From Dehalococcoidia bacterium (lineage in GTDB: Bacteria; Chloroflexota; Dehalococcoidia; Lucifugimonadales; UBA3495), in the NCBI GenBank assembly GCA_965232815.1, contig OZ247427.1:529970-593969 (forward strand): 64,000 nt of DNA. Direction: 5' to 3'. Position 1 is the stretch's first letter. Every line of letters starts with the position of its first letter. Positions 8,810 through 19,213 of this stretch are shown here, piece by piece. A program made the position numbers and the translations under genes. Below the pieces are notes generated by a model. The model was not told the DNA's origin, searched no databases, and saw only the letters and a list, made by a program, of their open reading frames with translations.

Positions 8810-9265
8810 CTAACCGCCGGCGTCGAACTGGACGAGGATGCCGTCCGGGTCGTACACGTAGAAACTGCTGACTTTACCCTCCGCGTTGGTCCAGACGTCC
8901 ATGGGCGCGGCCAGCGGGACGCCCTGAGCGGACAGGTTTTCGGCCAGAGCCTTCGGGTCCGTCACGCTGAATGATATGTGGCTGATCCCGACCTGGTCGA
9001 GTTTGATCGGAGAGCCGTCGGGGTTCTCGCCGGGGTGGCTGGTCATGGTGAGCGTCGGCTTTGCGCCGTCGGCGTAGGCGAGGCGGACCTGGCGGCGGGT
9101 GTTGCGGTTATGCGCGTACACATGCGGCAGGCCGCCGGTGGTGGTGTCCTGGATCACGTCGCTGACGATGGACATTCCCAATGTGTCGCAGTAGAACTTG
9201 AGGGAAACGTCGAGGTCTGTGACGCAGATGGCGATGTGAGAAACGCCGGAAGCATTCATCGGCAT
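8810..9265 (-). CDS. VOC (glyoxalase-like) family protein, tandem paralogue B
   Basis: SHIAICVTDL..SLKFY, HISFSV, YDPDGILVQ; AAGGAGG RBS before ATG 9265. Confidence 0.85.
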   Translation of the reverse strand: MPMNASGVSHIAICVTDLDVSLKFYCDTLGMSIVSDVIQDTTTGGLPHVYAHNRNTRRQVRLAYADGAKPTLTMTSHPGENPDGSPIKLDQVGISHISFSVTDPKALAENLSAQGVPLAAPMDVWTNAEGKVSSFYVYDPDGILVQFDAGG

Positions 9266-9335
9266 ATCGGGCCTCCTTACGGGATGGGAGGCGACGCGGT
9301 TGTCGCCCCCGAGATTGGCGCCAATCGTGTGCGGA

Positions 9336-9794
9336 TCAGCCTCCGCCGCTGTCGAACTGCACCAGGATGCCGTCGGGATCGTACACGAAGATGCTGGAAA
9401 CCTCGCCGTTGGCATTGGTGAACCCGTCCATGGGGCCGGCCAGTTCCACACCCGCCGCGATCAGTTCATCGGCCAGGGCTTTCACATCGGACACGGTGAA
9501 TGAGATGTGGCTGATGCCCACCTGGTCGAGCTTGATGGGTCCGCCGTCCGCGTCGCCGCCGGGGTGGCTGGTCATCACCAGGGTTGGCACTGCGCCGTCG
9601 CCGTAGGACAGGATGGCCTGACGGCGGGTGGAGCGATCGTGAGCGTAGACGTGGGGCAGGCCGCCCGTGGAGGTGTCCTGCACGCGGTCCACGGTGACGT
9701 TCATGCCGAGGATGTCCCGATAGAATTTGAGGGATTCGTCAAGGTCGCGGACACAAACGGCGATATGCGATACGCCGGAGGAATTCATTGCCAT
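9336..9794 (-). CDS. VOC (glyoxalase-like) family protein, tandem paralogue A
   Basis: SHIAVCVRDL..SLKFY, HISFTV, YDPDGILVQ; GGAGG RBS before ATG 9794. Confidence 0.85.
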   Translation of the reverse strand: MAMNSSGVSHIAVCVRDLDESLKFYRDILGMNVTVDRVQDTSTGGLPHVYAHDRSTRRQAILSYGDGAVPTLVMTSHPGGDADGGPIKLDQVGISHISFTVSDVKALADELIAAGVELAGPMDGFTNANGEVSSIFVYDPDGILVQFDSGGG

Positions 9795-9845
9795 GATGCA
9801 GCCTCCATGGAGAAGTGTCGGTAGTATCAATAGTTGGCCGCAATG

Positions 9846-11264
9846 CTACTGCCCACCCTCAGCGATGTCAAAGTTGCCCACCCTGCGCGCGTGGTCCGCT
9901 TCGCCCCAGCGGTCCACGCGACGCCACATGAGAGCCAACGCGCCCAACCCCAAGAACATGGCGCAGACATCGGTGACTGGGAACGACCACCAGACACCCC
10001 ACACCCCCAACGCACCGGACAGGGCGAAAACCCAGATCAGCAGGACAATCACGCGCTGCGTAACGGTAAGGGCCACCGACGGCCACGCTTTGCCCAATGC
10101 CTGAAACGCCACGGAGCCCACAAATTCGATCCCCACTACGGGCAACGCGATCAGCACCACTCGCAATGCGTCGGCAGCCTCGGGCGGGAGCGCGTGCGCT
10201 TCAGAGAAAAGGGAGATGATCAGCCCCGATATTGGCAGCAGCACGGCAATCATCAGCGCGCCGGCGACGGTGGCTGCCAGGCAGCTCTGCCAGATCGCCT
10301 CACGGATGCGGTCGTAATTCCTGGCCCCGTAGTTGTACGCCGCCAACGGGAGATAGGCCAAAGCGATGCCGATGAAAGGCGCCAGCGCAAACTCCAGCAC
10401 CGCATTGACGACGCCAAACAAGGCAATGTACCCGTCGCCGCCGGCATATTGGCTCAGTATGTTGTTGATCACCACGACGACTATGGAACGGGCGCCCTCG
10501 ATAATGAAAATGGGCAGGCCCAACGCGACGATTTCGCGCATCAGCCCAAGCCGCGGTAGCAATGCGTCGAGGTTGATGCTGAGGGCGCTGCGGCCCGAGA
10601 GGTAGAACCACGCGGTGTAGAGGACCGCCAACCCCTGGGCGAGGACGGTGGCCGCGGCGGCGCCGGTGATTCCCCACCCGAACACCAGGATGAACAGGGC
10701 GTCCAGAACCACGTTGGAAATTGCGCCGCCGGCCAGAACGATCATTGCCGTACCGGGACGACCTTCTGCCATGAATAGATTGTTGGCCATGATCGCCAGC
10801 ATGGTTAGGAAACCGCCCGGCAGGATGATCACCAGGTACTCCCGTGCGTACGGAGCGGTGTCGGGCGACGTGCCCATGAACACCGTCAGTTCGTCCAGAA
10901 ACAGCAGTCCCGCCGCGGTGAGCGCCACATAGACGGGCGCGAGGATCGTCAGCGAGGAGCCGATCACGCGTGATGCCTGCCGGGTGTCTCGGGCTCCCAG
11001 GGAGCGGGACACCACGGACATGCCGCCCAAACCGGGCAGCAGGCCAACCGCGACCGCCGCGATCTGGGCTGGAAACGCCGCCGACAAACCGCTCAATGCG
11101 TCCACGCCGATGACATTTCCGACGAATGCCCGGTCAACAATGCTGTACAGGGCCATGACGACGATCGCCAACATCGGCGGCAACGACATTTGCAGCAACA
11201 GGAACCACATGGGCGCGGTGCCCATGGTGTCGGCGCGCAGTGTTCGAGGTCGAGGTTCGCTCAT
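9846..11264 (-). CDS. MATE family efflux transporter (MepA-like)
   Basis: ALYSIVDRAFVG, SRSLGA, NVVLDALFI..FGWGITGAAAAT, YNYGA; about 12 TM segments. Confidence 0.9.
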   Translation of the reverse strand: MSEPRPRTLRADTMGTAPMWFLLLQMSLPPMLAIVVMALYSIVDRAFVGNVIGVDALSGLSAAFPAQIAAVAVGLLPGLGGMSVVSRSLGARDTRQASRVIGSSLTILAPVYVALTAAGLLFLDELTVFMGTSPDTAPYAREYLVIILPGGFLTMLAIMANNLFMAEGRPGTAMIVLAGGAISNVVLDALFILVFGWGITGAAAATVLAQGLAVLYTAWFYLSGRSALSINLDALLPRLGLMREIVALGLPIFIIEGARSIVVVVINNILSQYAGGDGYIALFGVVNAVLEFALAPFIGIALAYLPLAAYNYGARNYDRIREAIWQSCLAATVAGALMIAVLLPISGLIISLFSEAHALPPEAADALRVVLIALPVVGIEFVGSVAFQALGKAWPSVALTVTQRVIVLLIWVFALSGALGVWGVWWSFPVTDVCAMFLGLGALALMWRRVDRWGEADHARRVGNFDIAEGGQ

Positions 11265-11495
11265 CGTTCTGGCAGTGTCAGACGGAGAATGATTGGGAGA
11301 AATCGTGCGTCGATGATACGCCCCGAGCCTCCACGAGGCGTCAGCGGAGCATGCACAATTGGGTCAGATGAACGGAAAACGTTGGCATGGGTCAGACAGG
11401 ACCAGCGTCGTGCAGAGCACGGGGGCCACTGGGAAATGAGGCCGTCAATATTCGCGTTGACTGGGGGGCCGGCGTAGGGCAAAATGGACGGCGCA

Positions 11496-12662
11496 ATGAA
11501 ATTGCATGAATATCAAGCCAAGCAAATTTTCTCCAACTACGGTATTCCAATTCCCAATGGGACGGTAGCCCGTACCTCCGCCGAGGCGGCGGAAGCCGTT
11601 GCATCGTTCGGGGGCCGTGGGGTCGTCAAAGCGCAGGTTCACGCTGGCGGGCGGGGTTTGGCCGGCGGCGTCAAAGTGGTCGGCTCTCCCCAGGATGGTT
11701 CGGAGTTTGCCGGCGGCCTGTTGGGCTCGCACCTGGTAACTCACCAGACCGACGCGAACGGCGTGCCGGTGGATCAGGTGCTGGTGGAGGAACTGGCGGA
11801 CATTGCCACGGAAATGTACGTGGCGATCACGATGGACCGCAACCACCGGGGCCCCGTACTCATCGCCAGCGCGGCGGGTGGCATGTCAATCGAGGAAGTC
11901 GCCGCCACCAATCCCGATGCCATCGTCACCGAAGTGGTGGAGCCGGGACTAGGCCTGATGCCGTTCCAGTGTCGCCGGGTTGCAGCCCGCCTGGGCATGT
12001 CCGGGGCCACGGCGCGTCAAGGGGCGGATGTGATCAGCGCGCTGTATCGGATCTTCGCAGACAACGACTGCTCGCTGGTGGAGGTCAATCCCCTGATCGT
12101 TACCGGGGAAGGCGGGGTGGTGGCGCTGGACGCCAAGATGGACGTGGAAGATGATGCGTTGTTCCGCCATTCCGACTTGCGCGAGTTGCGGGACCGGAGC
12201 CAGGAGGACCAACTGGAAGCGCGCGCCGCAGACGACGACATCGCGTACGTGAGCCTGGACGGCAGCGTCGGGTGCCTGGTAAATGGCGCCGGGCTGGCGA
12301 TGGCGACGCTGGACGTGGCCAACGCGGCGGGCGCGGCGCCGGCCAATTTCCTGGACGTGGGCGGCGGCGCGACGGAAGAGAAAGTTGCGACCGCGGTGGG
12401 CATCATCCTGTCGGACCCGAAGGTGGACCGGGTGCTGGTCAACATATTCGGCGGCATACTCAGGTGCGATGTGGCCGCGCGGGGGATCGTCATGGCCTAC
12501 GAAGAACAACAGGCCACGCAGTCCCTGGTGGTGAGGATGCTGGGCACCAACCTGGTTGAGGGCAAGGAAATCCTCGCTCAATCCACCCTCAACGTCACGT
12601 TCACCGACACCCTGACGGAAGCCGCGGCGGCATTGTCGACAAGCGCCGGCGGGAGAGGCTGA
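11496..12662 (+). CDS. sucC: Succinate--CoA ligase beta subunit
   Basis: MKLHEYQAK, VKAQVHAGGRG, EVNPL, NGAGLAMAT, PANFLDVGGG, NIFGGI. Confidence 0.96.
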   Translation: MKLHEYQAKQIFSNYGIPIPNGTVARTSAEAAEAVASFGGRGVVKAQVHAGGRGLAGGVKVVGSPQDGSEFAGGLLGSHLVTHQTDANGVPVDQVLVEELADIATEMYVAITMDRNHRGPVLIASAAGGMSIEEVAATNPDAIVTEVVEPGLGLMPFQCRRVAARLGMSGATARQGADVISALYRIFADNDCSLVEVNPLIVTGEGGVVALDAKMDVEDDALFRHSDLRELRDRSQEDQLEARAADDDIAYVSLDGSVGCLVNGAGLAMATLDVANAAGAAPANFLDVGGGATEEKVATAVGIILSDPKVDRVLVNIFGGILRCDVAARGIVMAYEEQQATQSLVVRMLGTNLVEGKEILAQSTLNVTFTDTLTEAAAALSTSAGGRG

Positions 12663-12668
12663 CGACGT

Positions 12669-13565
12669 ATGGGCATCCTGCTGAACGAACAGTCCCGCAT
12701 TCTGGTTCAGGGCATCACGGGCCGCGAAGGAAGCTTCCATGCTCGGGCGTGCAAGGAATACGGCACGCAGTTGGTGGCCGGCGTAACGCCGGGACGCGGC
12801 GGCCAGATGTTTGACGACGTGGTGCCGGTCTTCGACTCGGTCGGACAGGCGGTGGAGGAGACCCAGGCCAACGTATCCCTGATATTCGTACCCCCGCCGT
12901 TCGCGGCGGACGCGATCGCCGAATCGGTCGACGCGGGCATGCCCCTGATCGCGTGCATCACTGAGGGCATACCCGTGCAGGACATGGTGGGCGTTTACCG
13001 CTACGTGATGGCCAACGGCGTGCGCCTGATCGGGCCCAATTGTCCGGGCATGATCAACCCCGGCGCGCGGTGCAAGGTAGGAATCATGCCAGGGAACATT
13101 CACCTGCCCGGCAGGGTGGGTGTGGTTTCGCGGAGCGGGACGTTGACATACGAGGCCGTCGGGCAACTGACCGACCTGGGAATCGGGCAGTCGTCGTGCG
13201 TGGGCATCGGCGGAGACCCGATCATCGGAACCAGCTTCGTTGACGTCCTGAAGCTGTACAACGAAGACCCTGACACCGACATGGTGGTGTTTATCGGCGA
13301 GATCGGTGGGACGATGGAACAGGAAGCGGCCGAGTACATCGGGTCGTCGGAGTTCAACAAGCCGATCTGCACGCTCATCGTGGGCGCCACTGCGCCGTCA
13401 GGCAAGCGCATGGGCCACGCGGGCGCTATAATCACCGGCGAAAGCGCGACGGCGGAATCGAAAACGCGGGCGCTGGAAGCCGCGGGCGCAAACATCATCC
13501 CCACGCCGGCGGACATAGGTATCACCGCTCAGCAAACGCTGCGAGAGGCGGGATTGGCCGGTTAG
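12669..13565 (+). CDS. sucD: Succinate--CoA ligase alpha subunit
   Basis: [33 protein letters not shown] (phospho-His). Confidence 0.96.
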   Translation: MGILLNEQSRILVQGITGREGSFHARACKEYGTQLVAGVTPGRGGQMFDDVVPVFDSVGQAVEETQANVSLIFVPPPFAADAIAESVDAGMPLIACITEGIPVQDMVGVYRYVMANGVRLIGPNCPGMINPGARCKVGIMPGNIHLPGRVGVVSRSGTLTYEAVGQLTDLGIGQSSCVGIGGDPIIGTSFVDVLKLYNEDPDTDMVVFIGEIGGTMEQEAAEYIGSSEFNKPICTLIVGATAPSGKRMGHAGAIITGESATAESKTRALEAAGANIIPTPADIGITAQQTLREAGLAG

Positions 13566-13597
13566 CTCCACCCACCTCGATCGATCGCCCGCGCGCG

Positions 13598-13634
13598 AGA
13601 AAGCCGGCCCGCTTCAAATGCGGGCCGTTTCTTT
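13598..13634. terminator. Bidirectional terminator between sucD and the RND adaptor gene
   Basis: AGAAAG-CCGGCCCGC-ttcaaat-GCGGGCCG-TTTCTTT. Confidence 0.65.
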
Positions 13635-13636
13635 GC

Positions 13637-15622
13637 CTACTGACCTTGATTCTGCTGACCGGGGCCTCCCGGCTGGGCGTTGGGCCTGTCAGCCGGCGCT
13701 CCGTCCGGCCTCCCCTGCTGCCCGGAACCATCGGGTTGTCTGTCTCGCCTGGGGGGAGCAGTACCCGCATTACCCACGATGACGTTGGTGGACACCAGCC
13801 CGGGATTGGGTGGGATCTGGACATCGTCAGGGACGACGACGCTGAAATCGACCGGGAAACTGATCACACCGCGTTCGGTCCGGGCGTCCTGACTGACCGA
13901 CTCCACGGTCGCATCGAGTGTCACCCCGGGCAACGCCGCGACGGTGATTTTTGCGGTGGTGCCCACGGTGATGCGCTCGATATAGTTGGTCTCAACCAGA
14001 CCTCGAACCATAACGTCTGTGGGGTCTACCAATTGAATCACGCGAGCATCGACCCTGACCGCGTCCCCGGCTTCGATGGTCACCAGACGCACCACGCCAT
14101 CGAACGGCGCGAGGATGACGGTATCGCTCAGATCGCCCTGAATGTCCGCATAATCCACCAGCGCATCGGCTACGTTGGCCTGGGCCAGGGCTATGTCCGC
14201 CGATTCAGGGCCGGCGGAGAGGTTGTCGCGCGTTTCACGGGCAGTGGTCACAGCCTGGTTGAGCGCGGCGACCGTGGCGATGTCGGGCCCTTCCTCGAGG
14301 CGCGCCAGTCGGATATGCGCCGATTCCAATGAGACCCTGGCGCTGTCCACGGTGGTTTCCAATCGCGCCAGTTCGATCTGGTCCACACCCTGTTCCACCT
14401 CGGCCAGATCCCGTTCGGCGGTGTTGAGTCGCTCCTGGGAGACGAGAACGTTGGCTTCCAGCCGCGTAAGTTCCTCCGGGTCAGGTCCCCCCACCGAATC
14501 GGCCAGTTGCCGGTTGAGGTTGCTGAGAGTGGCTTCCAGTTCCCCGATACTGGTCTGGATGGCCGTACGGTCGAGTTCCTTGGGGCCGGCGCTGAGTTCC
14601 GCGATCTCGCGCTGCCAGGTTTCCACCGACCGTTGCGCGGTATCCACCGCGGCCTGGAGGGCGTTCAGTTGGACAACATCGAAATTCTGCCCGTCGGTCA
14701 GTTGATGAAATTCCTCATTGACGATTTTCACGTAGAAATCATCGAGCTTGTCCTGGGCATTGTCGAGACGGGTCTCGGATTGAGCGAGGTTTTGCCGGGC
14801 ATTCGAAAGCCGGTCGGCATGATCCGTGTCGAAGTCGCGCAGGGCCTCCTGGGAGTTGTCGATGTCGATTTGAGTTCGAGAAACTCTGTTCTGGAGCTTG
14901 CTGACCGCCTCATAATGCAACGGAACGAAATCCTCGACGGCCTCCTGGGAGTCGTCAAGATCGGTGCGCGCCTTGGCTCGCGCTGCCAAGGCTTTCGCAA
15001 ACTGCTCGCCATGCGCGTCGGCAAAATCCCTTACGGCATCCTCAGCACGGTCGAGAATCGCTTCGGCGTCCGCCACGCGCTGGATGGCCGAACTCAATGC
15101 AACGTCGTGCTCGAGCTGGTAGTCCTCCAAGGCGTCGTTGGCCTGTTCCAGAGCGACTTCGGCCTGCGCCAGGGCGTTTTCCGCCCGCGCCCGGACCAAC
15201 GGGTCATCAGATTGAAGGCCCAAGACCCGAGCCAGCTCGTCCTGGGTTTGCTCCACTTTGAACTCTGCGAGGGCTTCCGCGTGCTGCAGGTTGGTGGAAA
15301 TTTCAGCGTCCAGCGTGGCGAGAACGTCGCCGGCGGATACCTGATCGCCCACCGCGACATTTACCGAACCCACCTCACCGGCTAGGCGAAAAGACAGGTC
15401 GGCCCGTTTATTGAATACCAGCTCGCTGCGCACCCGGAATTCGCTGGGTGCAGCATCCGTTTGCGCTCCCGCGCCCGGAGAGCTCTCGGACTCCTCGGTG
15501 GTATCGGCGCTGGCGCCGCAGCCGATCCAGGCCGCGGCAGACAGGATCACCAGAACCAACGGAACGGCGGCAGCCGGGAAACGCAATCGCGACCAGGGTG
15601 AAACGAGGGTGAACTTCGACAT
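13637..15622 (-). CDS. Efflux RND adaptor (HlyD/MFP family), probable lipoprotein with very long coiled coil
   Basis: Signal peptide ending AAWIG-C; split lipoyl motifs (LSFRLAGEVGSVNVAVGDQV..GDVLATLD and ILAPFDGVV) separated by about 390 aa of helical repeats; adjacent to AcrB-like gene. Confidence 0.85.
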   Translation of the reverse strand: MSKFTLVSPWSRLRFPAAAVPLVLVILSAAAWIGCGASADTTEESESSPGAGAQTDAAPSEFRVRSELVFNKRADLSFRLAGEVGSVNVAVGDQVSAGDVLATLDAEISTNLQHAEALAEFKVEQTQDELARVLGLQSDDPLVRARAENALAQAEVALEQANDALEDYQLEHDVALSSAIQRVADAEAILDRAEDAVRDFADAHGEQFAKALAARAKARTDLDDSQEAVEDFVPLHYEAVSKLQNRVSRTQIDIDNSQEALRDFDTDHADRLSNARQNLAQSETRLDNAQDKLDDFYVKIVNEEFHQLTDGQNFDVVQLNALQAAVDTAQRSVETWQREIAELSAGPKELDRTAIQTSIGELEATLSNLNRQLADSVGGPDPEELTRLEANVLVSQERLNTAERDLAEVEQGVDQIELARLETTVDSARVSLESAHIRLARLEEGPDIATVAALNQAVTTARETRDNLSAGPESADIALAQANVADALVDYADIQGDLSDTVILAPFDGVVRLVTIEAGDAVRVDARVIQLVDPTDVMVRGLVETNYIERITVGTTAKITVAALPGVTLDATVESVSQDARTERGVISFPVDFSVVVPDDVQIPPNPGLVSTNVIVGNAGTAPPRRDRQPDGSGQQGRPDGAPADRPNAQPGGPGQQNQGQ

Positions 15623-15666
15623 AAGCACTCCGGAGACCCGCTTGAGGTCCAGTGATCAACCAACAA

Positions 15667-18600
15667 TTACGACACGGCGTCCGCCTCGGCCCTGGGATGA
15701 CGCGCCAACATTCCGCGCACGCGCATCGCCAGATCAGGAACGGACTGATGGAGTAGCAAATAAGTGACCGGCACCGCGACCAGTGTCAGGAAGGTCGAAC
15801 TGATAAGTCCGCCGATCACGACGGTGGCCAGCTCAGAGCCGACCAGGCCGCTGGTGTTGCTGAACGCCAGCGGGAACAAAGCCAGAATGGTGGTGAAAGC
15901 GGTCATCAGGATCGGCCGAAGGCGGGTGCGACCGGCCAGCATGATGGCGTCCAATACGGATAACCCCTGGGAGCGCAACTGGTCCACGAAGATGATGAGC
16001 ACTATCGCGTTGGTGACCACGATGCCGATCAGGAAAAGGAAGCCCATCATGGACGGGAGGCTCAGGGCGCGACCGGTTACGGTGAGCGCAATCAGGGCGC
16101 CCACCACCGCAAGGGGCATGCTCAGCACCACTATGAAAGGATCCCTCAGGGAACCCAGGGTCGCCACCATCACGAGGTATACCAACGCCAGACCGATGGC
16201 CATGGCGATGTAGACATTCTGGAACTGCTCCTCGATGTCGCTGGCGAACCCACCCTGCTGCACTGATACTCCCGGCGGAAAGTCGGCATCGGCGATCACG
16301 CGGTTAATTCGTGAGCTGACTGCCTGGGGGTCGCGAGCTTCAATTTCGCCGGTGATCGTTACGGACCGGTCGCCATCGTAATGGGTCACTACGGACGGCC
16401 CTACGGTGGTCTTCACGTCGCTGATTGAACCCAGGGGAACGGCGCCGAATGCTCCGGCGATGGGGAGAGCCTGGAGCTCGACGATTTCGTCCACCTGATC
16501 GCTCTTGCCTCGCACCACCACGTCATAGGTATCACCGGACAGATTGAGTTCGGCGGCGTCGTGTCCGTAAACCCAGGTCCGTATCTGGCCGGCGACCGCC
16601 ATGGAATTCAGGCCGTAACGACCGGCTTCTGTGGTATCGACTTCGAAAGTCAATTCCTCGCGCAGATCACTGACGTTGGTCTTGAGATTGACGACGCCAT
16701 CCAGGGGCGCGATTCGTTCCAGGAGCGTATTCGCAGACGTCTGGACCGCCTGGAAATTGCTGCCCGTCACCGCGATTTCGATCCCGGACTGCGGAGGCCC
16801 GGCTTCGTCCACGAAAATCTGGATATCAACATTTTCCTTGTCGGGGAGGGCTTCGCGGAGTTGTTCCGCGAAATCGGCAGGCACGTCGTCTGACAAGGCC
16901 AGGAAGAACCCGGCAACGTCGAAACCTGACTCGCCGATACTGGGGCCGAACTCCTGGCTGGTGGCCCCCATGGTGCCCTGGTAGGCGGTGATATAACCGT
17001 CGGCCATATACTCGTCCAGGACTTGTTCTACGGCGCGCACCTCACGGAACATGGCGGTGGGCCCGGTGTTCTCAGGCATCGTCACGTCTATCCTCATCGA
17101 CTCCGCCTCGCCCGACGAGAACAGGGTGATGGGAAGGATGATCAACAGCGGCAGGCTGGCGGCGACGGCTGCGATACAGCCAAGAACCGTCAACAATGGG
17201 TGGTTGAGCGCCCATCGCAGGATCGGTGTATAAATCCGCTGGAGCCAGGTGTCCTCGACAACCGTGTCGTCCTCGTCGGCCATGTCTCCCTGGCGCAGCA
17301 GCATGGAAGCCAGGACCGGCACCACCGTAAGCGCGATAAGCGTGGAAGCCAGGAGAGAGACGCAAACGGTCTGGGCAAAGGGCAGGAAGAATTCTCCGAC
17401 GATGCCCGGGATGAACCCCAGCGGCAGGAACACGGCAACAGTCGTCAGCGTCGACGCCAGGATGGCCGGGCCCACTTCCCTGGTACCGCGTATGGCCGCG
17501 GCCAGGCGAGGATTATCGCCCAAAGGAGCCAACCGGTACGAGAAAGTCTCGGCGCCGCTGGTGGGTAATCGTTGCGATCCCACCTGAAGGTGGCGATAGA
17601 TGTTTTCCAGAACCACGATGCTGTCGTCCACGATCCGACCGACCGCGATGGCCAGACCGGCCAGGCTCATGAAGTTCAGCGACCAGTCGGACACTGCCAT
17701 GACCAGCATGGTGATCATCACGCTCAGCGGTATCGAGATGGCGGTGATCAGGGTGGGGCGCAGGGTATTCAGGATGCCCCGGATCGCGGTGGGACGGAGC
17801 TGCAGCAGGAACAGGAATATGGCGAACACCGCGATGACGAAACCCAGCCCGCCTTGACCAACCACGTTGACCAGCTGTTCCTCCAGCGAGGGGCCATCGT
17901 TGTAGAGGATGTCGATCTGCACGCCCGCCGGCAGGTCAAGGTCGTCGATTACCGCGACGAGTTCCCGGGTCAACTCGATGGTGTTCCCATCCGGCAACCG
18001 CAGCACCTCCAGCGACAGGCTCGGCTGGCCGTTGGTGCGCGAAATGGTCGCGGACTCGGGCGTGTCAATGGTTACGGTGGCGACATCGGAGAGCAGCACG
18101 GGCGTGACAGTAGAAGCGCCTGCGACCGTGCTTCCTGAATTCCTCGTGTACCCCACCGGCAAACTGCGGATCGAATCGAGGTTGGCATAACCCTGGAAAG
18201 CCCGCAGCCCTATAGAGCGTTCATCGGTGGTCAAAGTGCCGGCGTTGAGGTCGATGGCGTTGCCGGCGACAGCATTGACCACATCCTGGATGGTGAGGTC
18301 ATGTTCGTTGGTGCGAGCCGGGTCGACGATCACGGAAACGCGCTCCGAGACGCCGCCGTCCACCCTCACGTCGTAGACACCGCTGACGCCTTCAAGGCGC
18401 GGAATGATTTCATCGTCCGTGATGCGACGCAGGGTGGGAATGTCCTGCTGCCCGCTGACGGTGAGGAGCATCACCGGAAAGATGTCGGAGGACAGCCGAA
18501 TGACAAAGGGTTCTCCCGCGTTGTCCGGCAGAATGAGGCCGCTCACGCGGCTCCTGATTTCTTCCTCCGCGTCGTCAACATCCGAGCCGGGGACGAAATT

Positions 18601-18882
18601 CGCCGTGACCAGGGACAAATTGCCAGTGGAAATGGAGGTCGTTTTGTCCAGGTCGGACATCCCTATGATGACGTCTTCAACCTTGGCAGTCACATCGTTG
18701 GCGACGGTGGACGGGTCGCCCTGCTGGTACGTCGTGACGACGTACACGATGGAAAAGCTGATTTCGGGGAAAAGCTCCTGACGCAGTTGGTTGTAGGAAA
18801 AAACACCCGCCACCAGCAGCAGGACCATCGCCATCACTGTGACCGACTTGCGGCGCAGTGCTAGTTCAGTCAGGAAGGTCAA
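15667..18882 (-). CDS. Efflux RND transporter permease (AcrB/AcrD/AcrF family)
   Basis: AISIPLS, GRIVDDSIVVLENI, STLTTVAVFLP, GIVVTNAIVL, RLRPILMT; 1071 aa; TTG start. Confidence 0.93.
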   Translation of the reverse strand: MTFLTELALRRKSVTVMAMVLLLVAGVFSYNQLRQELFPEISFSIVYVVTTYQQGDPSTVANDVTAKVEDVIIGMSDLDKTTSISTGNLSLVTANFVPGSDVDDAEEEIRSRVSGLILPDNAGEPFVIRLSSDIFPVMLLTVSGQQDIPTLRRITDDEIIPRLEGVSGVYDVRVDGGVSERVSVIVDPARTNEHDLTIQDVVNAVAGNAIDLNAGTLTTDERSIGLRAFQGYANLDSIRSLPVGYTRNSGSTVAGASTVTPVLLSDVATVTIDTPESATISRTNGQPSLSLEVLRLPDGNTIELTRELVAVIDDLDLPAGVQIDILYNDGPSLEEQLVNVVGQGGLGFVIAVFAIFLFLLQLRPTAIRGILNTLRPTLITAISIPLSVMITMLVMAVSDWSLNFMSLAGLAIAVGRIVDDSIVVLENIYRHLQVGSQRLPTSGAETFSYRLAPLGDNPRLAAAIRGTREVGPAILASTLTTVAVFLPLGFIPGIVGEFFLPFAQTVCVSLLASTLIALTVVPVLASMLLRQGDMADEDDTVVEDTWLQRIYTPILRWALNHPLLTVLGCIAAVAASLPLLIILPITLFSSGEAESMRIDVTMPENTGPTAMFREVRAVEQVLDEYMADGYITAYQGTMGATSQEFGPSIGESGFDVAGFFLALSDDVPADFAEQLREALPDKENVDIQIFVDEAGPPQSGIEIAVTGSNFQAVQTSANTLLERIAPLDGVVNLKTNVSDLREELTFEVDTTEAGRYGLNSMAVAGQIRTWVYGHDAAELNLSGDTYDVVVRGKSDQVDEIVELQALPIAGAFGAVPLGSISDVKTTVGPSVVTHYDGDRSVTITGEIEARDPQAVSSRINRVIADADFPPGVSVQQGGFASDIEEQFQNVYIAMAIGLALVYLVMVATLGSLRDPFIVVLSMPLAVVGALIALTVTGRALSLPSMMGFLFLIGIVVTNAIVLIIFVDQLRSQGLSVLDAIMLAGRTRLRPILMTAFTTILALFPLAFSNTSGLVGSELATVVIGGLISSTFLTLVAVPVTYLLLHQSVPDLAMRVRGMLARHPRAEADAVS

Positions 18883-19213
18883 TGTTGCTCCGGCAATTGA
18901 TTACGGGGTCAACTGGATGAAGTTTTCCATCATATCCATGCCACAAAATAGGCAGGAATTAATGATAACAGACGGTTTCCGGGCAATGATTCTACGACAG
19001 ACATCACCGTATCGCGATTTCGTCGCCGGCGAATACAAAGGTTAACGTTCGATATGTAATCCAGCGTGTTTGAAATCGAGGGCTGACGGTAGGCTCTGGG
19101 CACCATATTCCCTGAGTATTGAGCGATTATGAAGATTCAGGACTAAACGGAGTTTGAAATTGAGACGGGTCGGTGTGTACACTCGCCCTCCACACGGAAA
19201 CCAGGAGAGCTAC

